Origin: Phycisphaerae bacterium
GTDB taxonomy: Bacteria; Planctomycetota; Phycisphaerae; UBA1845
Direction: 5' to 3'
Length of the DNA: 64,000 nucleotides
Assembly: GCA_963666835.2 (NCBI GenBank)
Contig: CAXXGO010000006.1
Span: 1,280,001-1,344,000 of the forward strand
In this document: piece after piece, positions 27,300-37,782 of the stretch
How positions within the stretch are numbered: position 1 is the first letter of the stretch
Layout: each line of letters opens with the position of its first letter
Made by a program: the position numbers and the translations under genes
Notes under the pieces: generated by a model
Told to the model about the DNA's origin: nothing
The model's database searches: none
What the model saw: only the letters and a program-made list of their open reading frames with translations

Positions 27300-30200
27300 C
27301 TATGCTTCGATAGTCTCAGCGCTGATGCGCTTAGCGGCCTTGTGGCCGAAACGAAGGAAGACCGTAGGGGTAACGAAGAAGTCCAATAGAGTACTGGTAA
27401 TCAGCCCGCCGATCATCGTGATTGCGACGGGATACAGGATCTCTTTTCCCGGCTGGCCGGCTTGCATGGCGAGCGGGACCAGGGCGAGGGCGGCGGTCAG
27501 GGCGGTCATGAGCACGGGGGCCACGCGTTCCTGGCTGCCTTTGATGACAAGTTCCTCTCCAAAGGGGAGCCCCTCCTCGCGGATCAGATGGAGGTAGTGG
27601 CTGATCATGAGCACGCCGTTGCGCGAGGCGATTCCACATAGCCCGATGAAGCCTACGAGGCTGGCGAGGTTGAACGTCTCCCCGGCGAGGCGGAGGGCGA
27701 CCACGGCTCCGATGAAGGCGAACGGGATATTGAGGAGAACCTGCATCACGACGCGGACGGACCGCAGTTGGTTATACAACAGCGCGAACATGCCCACGAT
27801 GCTGAGGCCGAACAGGGTCAGTATGGTCTGAGTGCCGCGCCGCTGGCTCTCATAGGTCCCCTCGAGACGGACGTAGTATCCTTGGGGGGTATCGACCTGG
27901 GCGGCGACGGTCTGCTGAATCTGCTGAACCGTGCTGCCCAGGTCGCGCCCGCGGATGTTGCACGATACGATAATCCGTCGCTGCGTACCCTCCCGACCGA
28001 TTTGGTTCGGGCCGGTCGTTTCGGCGATCTCGGCAACGTCCCGCAGCAGTACTACCGCTCCACTGGGGGAGATAAGACGCATCCGAGCCAGGCGGTCGGG
28101 AGAATTGCGGTATTGTTCGTTGAGCATCACGACCAGGTCGAACGTGCGTTGGCCTTCGAACACCTCGCTGATCACTTTGCCGTTGGTAGCCATCTCGAAG
28201 GCCGTGATCACTTCGGCCACGGTGAACCCATAAAGGGCGGCGGCGTCGCGGTTGACCTTCAGATGGAGTTGCGGGATTACGGTCTGCTGCTCGACGGCCA
28301 GGTCGACCACGCCGGGAATAGTCTCCAGGGCATCGCGAACGTCCTCGGCGATGACCTGCAGCTCGTCAAGATCCTCTCCGAAGATCTTGAGGGCCACGTC
28401 GGTGCGTACTCCCGACAACATCTGGGCGATTCGGTGCCCTAGGGGGGCGCTGATCTCCACGAATACGCCGGGCAGAGGGGCAAGTACGCGTTCGATCTCC
28501 GCGGCGATCTCCGACTGCGAGCGCAGAAGGGACGGAGGCTTACGCCTACCGGGGTCGTTCGAGTCGTCACCGGAACTGAGCAAGTCATCCTCCGTCCAGA
28601 ATTGGAGGTCCATTTCGGTAATGTGGACGCCGTGGATGTGTTCGTCCTGCTCTGCGCGGCCGGTGCGTCGACTTATTCTCTTGATCTCCGGAATGCCGAG
28701 CAGGAGCCGCTCGGACAGTGACCCAATCCGGTTGGATTCCTCCAGCGACGTTCCGGGAGATGCGTTGACGAACACGGTCAGGGTCCCCTCGTTGAACGGG
28801 GGGAGGAACCCCGTTCCCAGGCGGGTCATCAGTATGGCGGCGCCAACCAGGAGAGTCAGGCAGATGGCCAGAACGGTCAGGGGACGCGGCAGAGTCACCC
28901 GGTAAACCGCTCGCGCGGCGGCCTTGCAGGCGCGCAGGGCGGGGCTGTCCTCCTTGACTCTCGCGGCTTTTAGATGCGGCAAAAGGTAGTAGCACAATAC
29001 CGGCGAGACGGTCATGGCAACCAGGAGCGAGGCCAAAACGGAAGTGATGTAGCCGACAGCCAGCGGAGCGAAGAGCCGCCCCTCGAGCCCTTGAAGGAAG
29101 AACAGCGGCAGAAAGACCAACAACACGAGCACCGTGCCGTAGAGGATAGGGGCGCGGACTTCAAGCGAGGCCTCGTAGACGACTTGCAGCGGTCGCCGCG
29201 GTTTGGCGGCTTGGCGGTTTTCGTTGAGTCGCCGGTACACGTTCTCCACGTTTACGATGGCGTCGTCGACGAGGGCGCCGACGGCGACGGCGATGCCGCC
29301 GAGAGTCATGGTGTTGAGAGTCAGGCCGAACCAGTCAAACACCAGTGCCGTGATGAGCAGGCTCAACGGTAGAGCGCTCAGGGTGATCAGGGTGGTGCGG
29401 GCGTTCATGAGGAACAACGCCAGGATGATGATGACCAGGATGGAACCGTCGCGCAGGGCTTCGAACACGTTGTGAATGGCCCGGTTGATGAAATGGGCCT
29501 GCCGGAACAGGTCGCGATTGATCATGAGGCCATCGGGCAGACTCGGGCGCAGAGCGTCTAAAGCGTCGTCAATCCGCGCCGTCAATGCCCGCGTATCGAC
29601 ATTGGGGGATTTCTGAATGGAGAGCAGGACGGCCGGCGAACCGTTGATGCTCCCGTCGCCGCGTTTAACCAAGCGACCGGCTTCAACGACCTCGGCTACG
29701 TCTTGGACCCGTATGGGTCGGGCGGTGCCGTGATCGCCGCTACGGCGCATGGCGATGAGCGAGTCTTCGATGTCTTCTCGCGTATGGACTCGACCGATAT
29801 TGCGAACGGCGGTCTCCTGGGTCGGGCCGACGATGAAGCCGCCGCCGCTGTTGAGGTTTGACTCGCCGAGGGCGGTTTCGAGATCACCCAAGGTCAACTC
29901 AAACTGCCGGAGCCGCTCCGGATCGGCGCGAACCTGAAACTCGCGGAGGTCGCCGCCGATGACCGAGACCTGGCTGACCCCTTTGACGCTCAGCAAAGCC
30001 GGACGCACTACCCAATCGGCAAGGGTACGCAACGCCATTGGATCGGTGTCCGGTGCCTGAAGACCCATCAGCATGATGTCGCCCATCAGACTGCCGACGG
30101 GTCCCATCTGCGGAATGACGTGCTCCGGCATCTTTTCACTGATGGTCGTGAGTCTCTCTTGGACGATCTGCCGGTCGCGCCAGAGGTCGGTGTCCCAACC

Positions 30201-30491
30201 GAATTCGACGAAGACCATGCTGATGCCCAGGCCGCTGAAGCTGCGGACCCGCTCCACCCCGGTAGCGCCGTTGACCGAGTTCTCGATGTGAAACGTAACC
30301 TGCCGTTCCACCTCCTCCGGAGCCAGGCCGTGAGCCTCGGTGAGCACCGTTACCGTGGGGCGGGTCAAATCGGGCAGCACGTCGATCGGAAGGGTAAGGG
30401 CCGTGTGGAGCCCTAGCGCGCTCAGCAAGACCGCGGCGGCGAGCGTGAGCAACCGGTTGTTCAACGCTGTGCGGATGATTGCACTTAACAT
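27300..30491 (-). CDS. Heavy-metal efflux RND permease (CusA/CzcA family)
   Basis: LPIDVLPDL, GLAPEEVE, TM4 AVGALVDDAIVNVEN, ERVAPVLMTAL; 1063 aa. Confidence 0.93.
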   Translation of the reverse strand: MLSAIIRTALNNRLLTLAAAVLLSALGLHTALTLPIDVLPDLTRPTVTVLTEAHGLAPEEVERQVTFHIENSVNGATGVERVRSFSGLGISMVFVEFGWDTDLWRDRQIVQERLTTISEKMPEHVIPQMGPVGSLMGDIMLMGLQAPDTDPMALRTLADWVVRPALLSVKGVSQVSVIGGDLREFQVRADPERLRQFELTLGDLETALGESNLNSGGGFIVGPTQETAVRNIGRVHTREDIEDSLIAMRRSGDHGTARPIRVQDVAEVVEAGRLVKRGDGSINGSPAVLLSIQKSPNVDTRALTARIDDALDALRPSLPDGLMINRDLFRQAHFINRAIHNVFEALRDGSILVIIILALFLMNARTTLITLSALPLSLLITALVFDWFGLTLNTMTLGGIAVAVGALVDDAIVNVENVYRRLNENRQAAKPRRPLQVVYEASLEVRAPILYGTVLVLLVFLPLFFLQGLEGRLFAPLAVGYITSVLASLLVAMTVSPVLCYYLLPHLKAARVKEDSPALRACKAAARAVYRVTLPRPLTVLAICLTLLVGAAILMTRLGTGFLPPFNEGTLTVFVNASPGTSLEESNRIGSLSERLLLGIPEIKRISRRTGRAEQDEHIHGVHITEMDLQFWTEDDLLSSGDDSNDPGRRKPPSLLRSQSEIAAEIERVLAPLPGVFVEISAPLGHRIAQMLSGVRTDVALKIFGEDLDELQVIAEDVRDALETIPGVVDLAVEQQTVIPQLHLKVNRDAAALYGFTVAEVITAFEMATNGKVISEVFEGQRTFDLVVMLNEQYRNSPDRLARMRLISPSGAVVLLRDVAEIAETTGPNQIGREGTQRRIIVSCNIRGRDLGSTVQQIQQTVAAQVDTPQGYYVRLEGTYESQRRGTQTILTLFGLSIVGMFALLYNQLRSVRVVMQVLLNIPFAFIGAVVALRLAGETFNLASLVGFIGLCGIASRNGVLMISHYLHLIREEGLPFGEELVIKGSQERVAPVLMTALTAALALVPLAMQAGQPGKEILYPVAITMIGGLITSTLLDFFVTPTVFLRFGHKAAKRISAETIEA

Positions 30492-30511
30492 AAACGTACC
30501 TCCGTCCGCGA

Positions 30512-31945
30512 CTAGTGGTTGTGGCCGGCGTGCGGATCAACGGGCTCGCTATCGCCCGTGCGAATTTGTGACAGGTTGTAGACACCCTGGCTCGCTACGA
30601 CGTCGCCCGGGAACAGGCCCTCGCGCACTTCGACGAACTCGTCGTTGCCGGCTCCGGGGGTGATCTCCTGTCGGGCGAACGTCAGCTCTTCGAGGCCGGC
30701 CTGTTTGAACACGAAGTGTGCCGGTCCGTCCTGTAGCACGGCAGAGGTGGGCACGACGACGGGCCAGTCCTTGGGGTCGATCATGTCGCGCACGACCACC
30801 GAGAGGCTGACGAAGGCGCCGTCCCGAAGAACGCCGTCGGGGTTCTGCGCGTCGACTATTAGATGGGCGGTCCGCTTAACCGAGTCGATGACGGGGCTGA
30901 TGAACCGCACCTGCCCGTCGATCACTCGATCGGGATCGGATCGAGGGCGGATTCGGGCCTGGGACGGATTCCGGCGGCTGAGCCGGCTGACGATCGATTC
31001 GGGAAGCTCGCCGTGGATCTGGACCTTGCTGTAATCCGCCACGACGAGCAGAGGCCGGCCGGCCGCCACACTCTCGCCGCGTGAGACGTTACGCTCGACC
31101 ACCACCCCGTCGATGGGCGCGCGCAGACGGATCAGACTCATACGCTGGGCGGCGTCCCGGCAGTGCGCCCGGTCGCACAGATCGGTTGGGGCGACGAGTT
31201 GGGCCGGATCGATGTTGCTCACGGCCAGCAGCGTTTCTCGGCTGAGCTGCAACGCCTCGGCTTGCTCTACGAGAGCCTTGACTTCCTCCCGGGCAACCTG
31301 CAGTTCCACGGCCTTCCGGCGGACCATCGCTCGCGCCGACAGGGCCGCGGCCCGCCGGTCATATAGCTCGTTGAGAGCGACCACCTGCTCGGCTGATTCC
31401 AGCCTCTTGACCTGGGCCTCGGCCAGCTCGGCGGCTTCGGCAACAGTTTCGTGTTCGACCTCCAACTCTCGAACGCGTCCTCGAGCGCGAGTAAGCTCAA
31501 CCTGCAACTCGCGGTAGGAGGTCTCCAATCGGCGGGCTTCGTACTTGTTGCGGGCTAGCTCCGGGGAGTCGATGTCCAGGAGCACATCGCCCTGGCGGAC
31601 GACGTCGCCGATTTGCACGTCAACGTGCAACACTTGTCCGGCAGTGCGCGGGGCTACCACGTGCCTGCGATCCGGGGCGGCTTCGACGGTGCCCAATAGG
31701 TCTACCACCTCCTCCACCGGACCGAAGTCCACGTCGTGCACGCGCAGTCCGATGGTGCCGGCGGTTTCAGGTGTGATTACGCACAGGCCCGCGCCGGAGC
31801 CTCCGCTTTCAGAATGGTCTTCGGCGGCTGGAGCCGTGCCGGCGGCCTGGTAGGTCGAATTAATCCATGTGTAAGCTGCTAAGCCACCCGCACTCAGGCC
31901 AAAGGCCAAGGCGAACAACGCTGCGGCGATTGTCTTTCCGTTCAT
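30512..31945 (-). CDS. RND periplasmic adaptor (CzcB/CusB-like membrane fusion protein)
   Basis: Lipoyl-like halves (GDVVRQGDVLL; LRAPIDGVV), coiled coil, GLFPGDVVASQG, C-terminal HAGHNH. Confidence 0.9.
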   Translation of the reverse strand: MNGKTIAAALFALAFGLSAGGLAAYTWINSTYQAAGTAPAAEDHSESGGSGAGLCVITPETAGTIGLRVHDVDFGPVEEVVDLLGTVEAAPDRRHVVAPRTAGQVLHVDVQIGDVVRQGDVLLDIDSPELARNKYEARRLETSYRELQVELTRARGRVRELEVEHETVAEAAELAEAQVKRLESAEQVVALNELYDRRAAALSARAMVRRKAVELQVAREEVKALVEQAEALQLSRETLLAVSNIDPAQLVAPTDLCDRAHCRDAAQRMSLIRLRAPIDGVVVERNVSRGESVAAGRPLLVVADYSKVQIHGELPESIVSRLSRRNPSQARIRPRSDPDRVIDGQVRFISPVIDSVKRTAHLIVDAQNPDGVLRDGAFVSLSVVVRDMIDPKDWPVVVPTSAVLQDGPAHFVFKQAGLEELTFARQEITPGAGNDEFVEVREGLFPGDVVASQGVYNLSQIRTGDSEPVDPHAGHNH

Positions 31946-32009
31946 AGGTCTCGGTCTCCGCACAAGGCGTTGCCATGCTCCCTTGAAGGGGACGTGGTCT
32001 TGCCCTCAT

Positions 32010-32156
32010 TCAAAATAGAAAGGCCGCCGCGGCGTTTCGCAGCAGGTCCGTTACGAAGGTCTCGCACTGCTCCGGCACGGTGCAGCCGCTGAGCAGCGTC
32101 AGTCCCGCCGAGACTGCCAGGGCCAGGTCCTTCAGTTTCAGGGGATGTTGCTTCAC
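32010..32156 (-). CDS. Small (48 aa) putative lipoprotein inside the RND operon
   Basis: GTG start overlaps the TolC TGA stop (GTGA); MKQHPLKLKDLALAVSAGLTLLSGC lipobox. Confidence 0.6.
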   Translation of the reverse strand: MKQHPLKLKDLALAVSAGLTLLSGCTVPEQCETFVTDLLRNAAAAFLF

Positions 32157-33670
32157 GGTTCCACTCCGCTTGGGTTGGTTTCTCTTTCGTTCTGAATGGC
32201 CGCGGCTCGACGGATGAGGTCGTCGAGAGGTTGACACGTAATCCGATCCAGCTCGGCCACCGCCTCGGCCGCTTCCCGGGCGGCTACCGCTTGATGACTG
32301 CGACTATCGAGGAACTGTCGTTGGGCTTCGAGGACCGCCAGAAATGAAGTCTGTCCCGCTCGGTAAGCGGTCTGTGACAGCTCCAGATTCCGCTGCGCGA
32401 TGGGCACGGCCCGCTCTCGGTAAGTCCCGGCCAAACGCCACGAGGAGAGGGCTCGGTCAACCCCGCTGCGTACCTCCTGCACGGCAGCCAGCTCCAGCGC
32501 TTCAGCTTTCTTCACTGCCTGTTCGAACGCGAACTCGGCCTTGGCGATCTGCGCCTGGTTCTGGTCGAAGATGGGCAGCTCGATCTCCAAGGTTGGTCCG
32601 ATGGTGATATCCGTGTGCTCACGCCCGGCGCTGCGAGGTTCGATTTCCGGGGCCGTCAACCGGCCGTTCGCCAGAGACGCTCGGGCGGTATCCGCCAGGA
32701 GGTTCCTGCCGCCCTCGGCCTGCCTCTTCTCCCGTTCGACGGCCAGACCCAAACTGATACTCTGGAGGACGCGGCGACGCTCGGTGTTCAGCGCTTCCTT
32801 GGCTCGAGCCACGTCCAGCCGTGCGGCCTGGATGTCGAGGCAGGCGGCGCAGGCCAGCTCGATCAGAATGTCGTTGTCGGGCAGTCCAGCGGGAATCTCG
32901 GGATATCCATCGATCAGGACGAGGGAGTCGGCGTTCAGGGTCAACGCCAGCAGGCGGGCCAGTTTTCGACGGGCTTCGGCTGCGGCGAGACGGGTGGCTT
33001 CCTCCGCGAGTTCCGAATCCAGGACCACGCCGCGGGCCAGATTGACGTCCAGCTCGGACGCGGCTCCGGCTCCGAGCCGGGCGTCGGCGAGATCGAGGAC
33101 CTTCTGGGCGATCGTGATGTCTTCCCGGCTCAGAGCGTAGAGGCGTTCGGCTCCGATCGCACGGTAATACGCCGTCTTAACGTCGGCGGCGAGGTCGGTC
33201 GCATAGCGCGCCAGTTCGAGGATCTCCCGCTCGAGTGCTTGCTCCGCCGCTCGTTTGCGGGGCGGAATCTGCCACAGTTCCGCGATGTTCTGGGTGATTC
33301 CGAAGTCCAGGCCTGCCAGTCCGCCCCCGGCGGGGAACCCGGCTGTGATTCCCAGGGACGGGTTCGACAGGATACTCGCTTGGACGACGTCCGCCCGAGC
33401 CATTCCCAGGTCCATAAAGGCGGCTTGAAGCGTACGGTTGTTCAACAACGCGATTTCGACCGCCTCGTCCGTGGTGAGTCCCGATAAGAGGAGTTCTTCG
33501 ACGCGTTGTCGGCCGAGTTCCTCCTCGCCCGGTTCGTAGATGCGCCCTTGGCCGGTGCTGGCGGCGATTCTCTGGGCCGCTTGGTTGTAGTCCGGTTTGG
33601 GGTCCACCGTGGCGCAGCCGCTGCCCAGCATTACAAGGGAGCAGGCAACAATGGCCTGTTTTCGAAGCAT
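32153..33670 (-). CDS. TolC/CzcC-family outer membrane efflux lipoprotein
   Basis: Lipobox GSGC; two OEP repeats (ALLNNRTLQAA; ELPIFDQNQAQI; YRAGQTSFLAVLEAQR). Confidence 0.92.
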   Translation of the reverse strand: MLRKQAIVACSLVMLGSGCATVDPKPDYNQAAQRIAASTGQGRIYEPGEEELGRQRVEELLLSGLTTDEAVEIALLNNRTLQAAFMDLGMARADVVQASILSNPSLGITAGFPAGGGLAGLDFGITQNIAELWQIPPRKRAAEQALEREILELARYATDLAADVKTAYYRAIGAERLYALSREDITIAQKVLDLADARLGAGAASELDVNLARGVVLDSELAEEATRLAAAEARRKLARLLALTLNADSLVLIDGYPEIPAGLPDNDILIELACAACLDIQAARLDVARAKEALNTERRRVLQSISLGLAVEREKRQAEGGRNLLADTARASLANGRLTAPEIEPRSAGREHTDITIGPTLEIELPIFDQNQAQIAKAEFAFEQAVKKAEALELAAVQEVRSGVDRALSSWRLAGTYRERAVPIAQRNLELSQTAYRAGQTSFLAVLEAQRQFLDSRSHQAVAAREAAEAVAELDRITCQPLDDLIRRAAAIQNERETNPSGVEP

Positions 33671-33792
33671 GGCAATCAGCTCCTTGATTATGGCGACAAC
33701 ACTCTCTCGGTCGGCGCGTAGGCCCTAATGGCGAAAAGCGGCGCGAACCAAGGCTAAACCCTGGGCGCGGAGCGTGCGGGCAGGACGGGGGA

Positions 33793-34146
33793 TCAAATCA
33801 AGAGCGGGATGTCAGACGGCGCGTAGGGTGCGGTCGGGCCGCGTGCCGAAAGGTCCGGCGGTCGGGCTCCGGCGGCAAGCGCCGAGTTCTGCAGCGTCGT
33901 AGACGATCCTGTCAGGATCGGGCATTCGGTCGGGGTTGATACTCGTGAGCGGCCGGCCATGCCGGGGGTGTGGGCAACGACGGCGTCGCAGGGATCACCG
34001 GGGCACGAAGGCCCGTGCTCACAATCGGAGTCGCCTTCTTCGTGGTGATGGTGCGCAGAGCCCAGGCACTCGCCGTTACATAGCATGGGCGACGCAACCA
34101 GCGCCCAGGCCGACAGGGCAATCGATAGTACCTTTATCCCTACCAT
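33793..34146 (-). CDS. Small secreted His/Cys-rich protein upstream of the efflux operon
   Basis: Signal-like N-terminus, CxxxC, HHHH, C..DPC and terminal PLLI; a type often seen heading metal-efflux operons. Confidence 0.6.
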   Translation of the reverse strand: MVGIKVLSIALSAWALVASPMLCNGECLGSAHHHHEEGDSDCEHGPSCPGDPCDAVVAHTPGMAGRSRVSTPTECPILTGSSTTLQNSALAAGARPPDLSARGPTAPYAPSDIPLLI

Positions 34147-34386
34147 ACTACGTTGAGCCTAGAAGTCTCCGGCGGTCGCGTCAACGTCGGCGGCGTAACG
34201 CTTCAGTCACAGACCGGTTATCGGTTGCTCTGACGACGGGCTTCGCGTGGCGGGCACCGTTCGAGGGCGGGTTTCCTCTTTGGGCAGGCTCCTCCTGCGG
34301 TCCCGCGCGGTAGCCGAGGTTCGCCCCATAATGCCTCTGGCGCGATGCGGTTCCCATTCGGCTGCTGGATAGGTGAGCCGGCAGGG

Positions 34387-34415
34387 TTGACTCGGCGGTC
34401 GCGCCCTGCTTCAAT
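34387..34415 (+). promoter_or_regulatory. Putative sigma70 promoter of tRNA-Lys
   Basis: TTGACT-N17-TTCAAT ending 12 bp before the tRNA. Confidence 0.55.
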
Positions 34416-34427
34416 GCGGCCCTGTGA

Positions 34428-34500
<73 letters not shown>

Positions 34501-34649
34501 GTCTTCGAGGTGCCTGTCCGACGAGCGGCGGTCTTCACCGCCTGGCTGAGTCTATCCCCGTGATTCGGTGCAGGTGTTCGACGCTCTCCATCTGACGAAG
34601 TAGCTCGTGATCCTCGATCGGTCTCTCGCCAGCCGCCGGAATGAAGAGC

Positions 34650-35530
34650 GGGTAGGGTCCGCTCTGCGGACCGTTTGTTCTTAGAGCGGCGTCGGGGAAC
34701 GAAACCGGCCACAACGACGCGCATCGCGAGAAGACATGCCACCGGTGCGGCTCGGGCGTCTTAGCCCCAACCGATCTTGACAATTGTCGCACCGTGCCGG
34801 TGAACAATTGTCGAGATAGTAGGGGCGGCACTTCGAGATTCGCTGAGGTTTCGGTCGTCGCCAAGGCGCTCCCTCGTATGATATCAAACCACCGGCGACG
34901 AACTCGAACACCGTAGCCCTCTGCCGCCCCGAGGGGCTAGGTGTGAAACGACACTACATTCCCCCAGGCTTACGCCATGGGGCTGGAGGACCTGTCGCCC
35001 CAAGGGGCTTGATGCTGCCTTACGATGTGGTAAACACGCTTGCATCGGCGAGCGAACCGGTCCGCAAAGCGGACCCTGCCTCGACTTGTTGGCCCGTGAG
35101 GTGGCATGAGGTCGACATGTTCTCGCGCGCCGGGCGAGGTTGCGGCAGGTCTCGTGCCTCGACCGTGCCCTTACGATGTCGTAACCACATTGACATCAGC
35201 GAGCGAATCTGTCAGCGGAGTGGACACTTCCGGCTCCACGGGTCAACAAGTTGACCCATGCCACCCAGGTGGCAGAGGGTAGGGCCCGCTCTCCGGACCG
35301 TTTGTCCTCAGGGTGGGATTGAAGGGCGAGACCTACGCGATCGTCGCCGATCATCGGCTCCCCCACGTCCAGCGGGGAGGACGTTGAATTACCCGCGAGG
35401 GTTCGGAGCACACGCCAAAGACAAAAGGACGTGGGCCACCCGGCCAGAACATCAACTGACAAACACGGCCTGCCGGTTCCACGGGTCAGCAAGTTGACCC
35501 ATGCCACACGGGTGGCAGGCTTGCAGGGCT
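34650..35530. repeat. Mixed REP-like palindrome hotspot downstream of tRNA-Lys
   Basis: GTAGGG(T/C)CCGCTCT(G/C)CGGACC at about 34652 and 35279; REP-A variant 35144-35174; two CACGGGTCA(A/G)CAAGTTGACCCATGCCAC copies at 35237 and 35480; GCCCC..GGGGC motifs near 34930-35010. Confidence 0.75.
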
Positions 35531-35571
35531 CGTGGCATTCCGGGGATTGGGACTACGGGTAGCGCGTATGT

Positions 35572-36357
35572 TCAACGGCCCACGCCGACTGCGAGTAGCA
35601 GCCCGAGTCCGACGAGCAGGACTGACACCACTTGACTGAACTGCCGTTCGGAGATGCGGTGGTGGATGATCGTGCCGATGAAGACCCCGGCTACTGAACC
35701 GGGAAGAAGCAGGACGGCCGCCCAGATGCGATCCGCAGTCAGCAGGCCGGCCGCGATGTAGGTCACCGCGCGCAGCAGGCTCATCAATAGGAAATACGTC
35801 AGAATAGTCGATCGGAACGTACTCTTGTCCAGGCGGCAGGCGCGCAGGAAGACGATCACCGGGGGGCCTCCCGTGCCGAACATGGCCCCCAGCAGCCCGG
35901 AGAGCAGCCCGACCGGGACCGAGATCCACGAGGTTCTCGAAGATGGCGAGGACGCGCCGGCGGAGTCTCGGCGATCGCGGCGGATTCGAGTATCGAAGAT
36001 GAAGTACAATCCCGCTCCTGCCACCACCAATCCCAGGAACCGCTTAAGCAGGCCGACATCGGTCGAGACCAAAGCCTGCGTCCCCAGCCACAAGCCCAAG
36101 GCCATCCCCGGTACGAGCCAGCCCACCAGCCGGATTCGCGCTCGCTGCCAATTGCGGGAGAGGACCGAGATTTCGGTGACCAGGGTGACGATCAGCAGGA
36201 CGACGACGGCCCCGGTCAGATCAGGCAGCACCAACGCCATCAACGTCACCGCGAACATGCCGGCCCCGAAACCGATCGTGGCGTAGATTAGCTGAGCCCC
36301 GGCCATGATCAGGGCACAGGCGATGAAGGTCGGCAGATTGTCGAACAGTTCTGGCAT
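35572..36357 (-). CDS. TSUP family (sulfite exporter TauE/SafE) permease
   Basis: GFGAG and GAMFGTGGPP repeats; about 8 TM segments. Confidence 0.88.
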   Translation of the reverse strand: MPELFDNLPTFIACALIMAGAQLIYATIGFGAGMFAVTLMALVLPDLTGAVVVLLIVTLVTEISVLSRNWQRARIRLVGWLVPGMALGLWLGTQALVSTDVGLLKRFLGLVVAGAGLYFIFDTRIRRDRRDSAGASSPSSRTSWISVPVGLLSGLLGAMFGTGGPPVIVFLRACRLDKSTFRSTILTYFLLMSLLRAVTYIAAGLLTADRIWAAVLLLPGSVAGVFIGTIIHHRISERQFSQVVSVLLVGLGLLLAVGVGR

Positions 36358-36493
36358 TGGATAGGCAGATTAGCGGTGTTCGAGCCGCAAAGCGAGCGAT
36401 GGTTGATTATCCCGCCGGTTGGATTTGAGCGCGGGGCTCGCGGCCCGCACCGGAGATGTGATGCCTGTCTTCCGCCGAGTGGCGTCGGCGTTT

Positions 36494-36581
36494 GTAGGGC
36501 AGCGTCGAGGCACGAGACCTGCCAAGAAAGCGCGGGTCGCGCGAATATTGTGGCAGGCCTCGTGCCTCGACCGTGCCCTAC
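36494..36581. repeat. REPIN-like inverted doublet of REP-A
   Basis: GTAGGGCAGCGTCGAGGCACGAGACCTGCC-N28-GGCAGGCCTCGTGCCTCGACCGTGCCCTAC. Confidence 0.8.
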
Positions 36582-36760
36582 TGGACGATGCGCGATTCTG
36601 CCACGGCTAGCGCGGCGCAGTCATGACTTCTTCGATGCCCATGTTTTCGACTCGCTTTCGGAGTGCATTGCCGTAATGGAGATGAAGAGGAGGTCAACGC
36701 GCAACTCCTTGTCCCAACAGGAGTACGGGTTTTTCGGGATGGACAACGGTCCACACGTTC

Positions 36761-37621
36761 TTAGAACTCAGGCTCAGCGGGAAACAGTGAATCTCGATTC
36801 TCCATGAGTTCTTCGCAGGAATCGATGTCATCTGAGACCGGTATCAGAATGATCGGATTAAGGCCCGGGTCGCGCCGCTGGGGTGGGTTGTTTGGCACGT
36901 CCAGGATTGCGAGCGATGCGCCAATCACGAGCTGCTCCGAGTCATCGATAACGCTGCCCCGCAGACTGCCATCGGAGTAGAGCGTCAAATTGTTTGCGAA
37001 TATCTCACGCCGAGCGATGTAGATCTCACCTTCAATAAGGCCGAACAATCTTACGACCACTGTCACACCCGGCTTTCCGTCGTTGTCGTCGTCGCTGATC
37101 AGGGGATCGTTGCGGTCCATCGAGAGTGGTACGTTTGGGTCACCGTCTATGCCGTTGAGCGTCGGCGTCGCTGGACGCCATACCTTCCACACACCGTTCT
37201 CCTCATACACCTCGACGATTGCACCAGGGGGCTGAATGGCCTGTGTGGCTGCATCGGAGAAGAACGTGTCGAAGGGCTGGTTGGCGATATACTCGGCATG
37301 GCAGAAGCTGTCGAACGCGACAAGCTCTCCGTCTTCGATGATCAGGTCCGTGAAGCCATACGAGACGATGAACGTCGCTAGCGGGCCGTTGGCCGTCTCG
37401 CCGTCGTAGGCGACGATGTCGTAGTGGGCGTAGTGTCCCGCCATGGCCGCCATGGCCTCTTCCTTGCTCGCCGGTGCGACCCAATCTGGATCGTTCGCGG
37501 GCGTTTCATACAGTGGGCTTTCCGGCCAGGGCAGCGGCCTCGAACATCCGCATCCGACAAGAAAGAGACAGCCGGTGACCATTGTGGTTAACGGCAATAC
37601 GCAAGCAAATGGCGTCAACAT
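36761..37621 (-). CDS. Hypothetical lipoprotein/secreted protein
   Basis: GGAGG RBS; hydrophobic N-terminus ending LVGC; DDDNDGKPGVTV Ca-loop-like motif. Confidence 0.75.
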   Translation of the reverse strand: MLTPFACVLPLTTMVTGCLFLVGCGCSRPLPWPESPLYETPANDPDWVAPASKEEAMAAMAGHYAHYDIVAYDGETANGPLATFIVSYGFTDLIIEDGELVAFDSFCHAEYIANQPFDTFFSDAATQAIQPPGAIVEVYEENGVWKVWRPATPTLNGIDGDPNVPLSMDRNDPLISDDDNDGKPGVTVVVRLFGLIEGEIYIARREIFANNLTLYSDGSLRGSVIDDSEQLVIGASLAILDVPNNPPQRRDPGLNPIILIPVSDDIDSCEELMENRDSLFPAEPEF

Positions 37622-37782
37622 CTCAAATCCTCCGTCTGGATCCAACACGGTTGTAAGCCTCAAGCAATCATACGATAGACTGCCCACTACGCAACACTGC
37701 TTTTGGGTCTAGACTGTGGCGAGCACGGAGTGGCACATTGAACGTAGGGTAACCGTTCACGGGGTCCACACCCTGAAAAACA

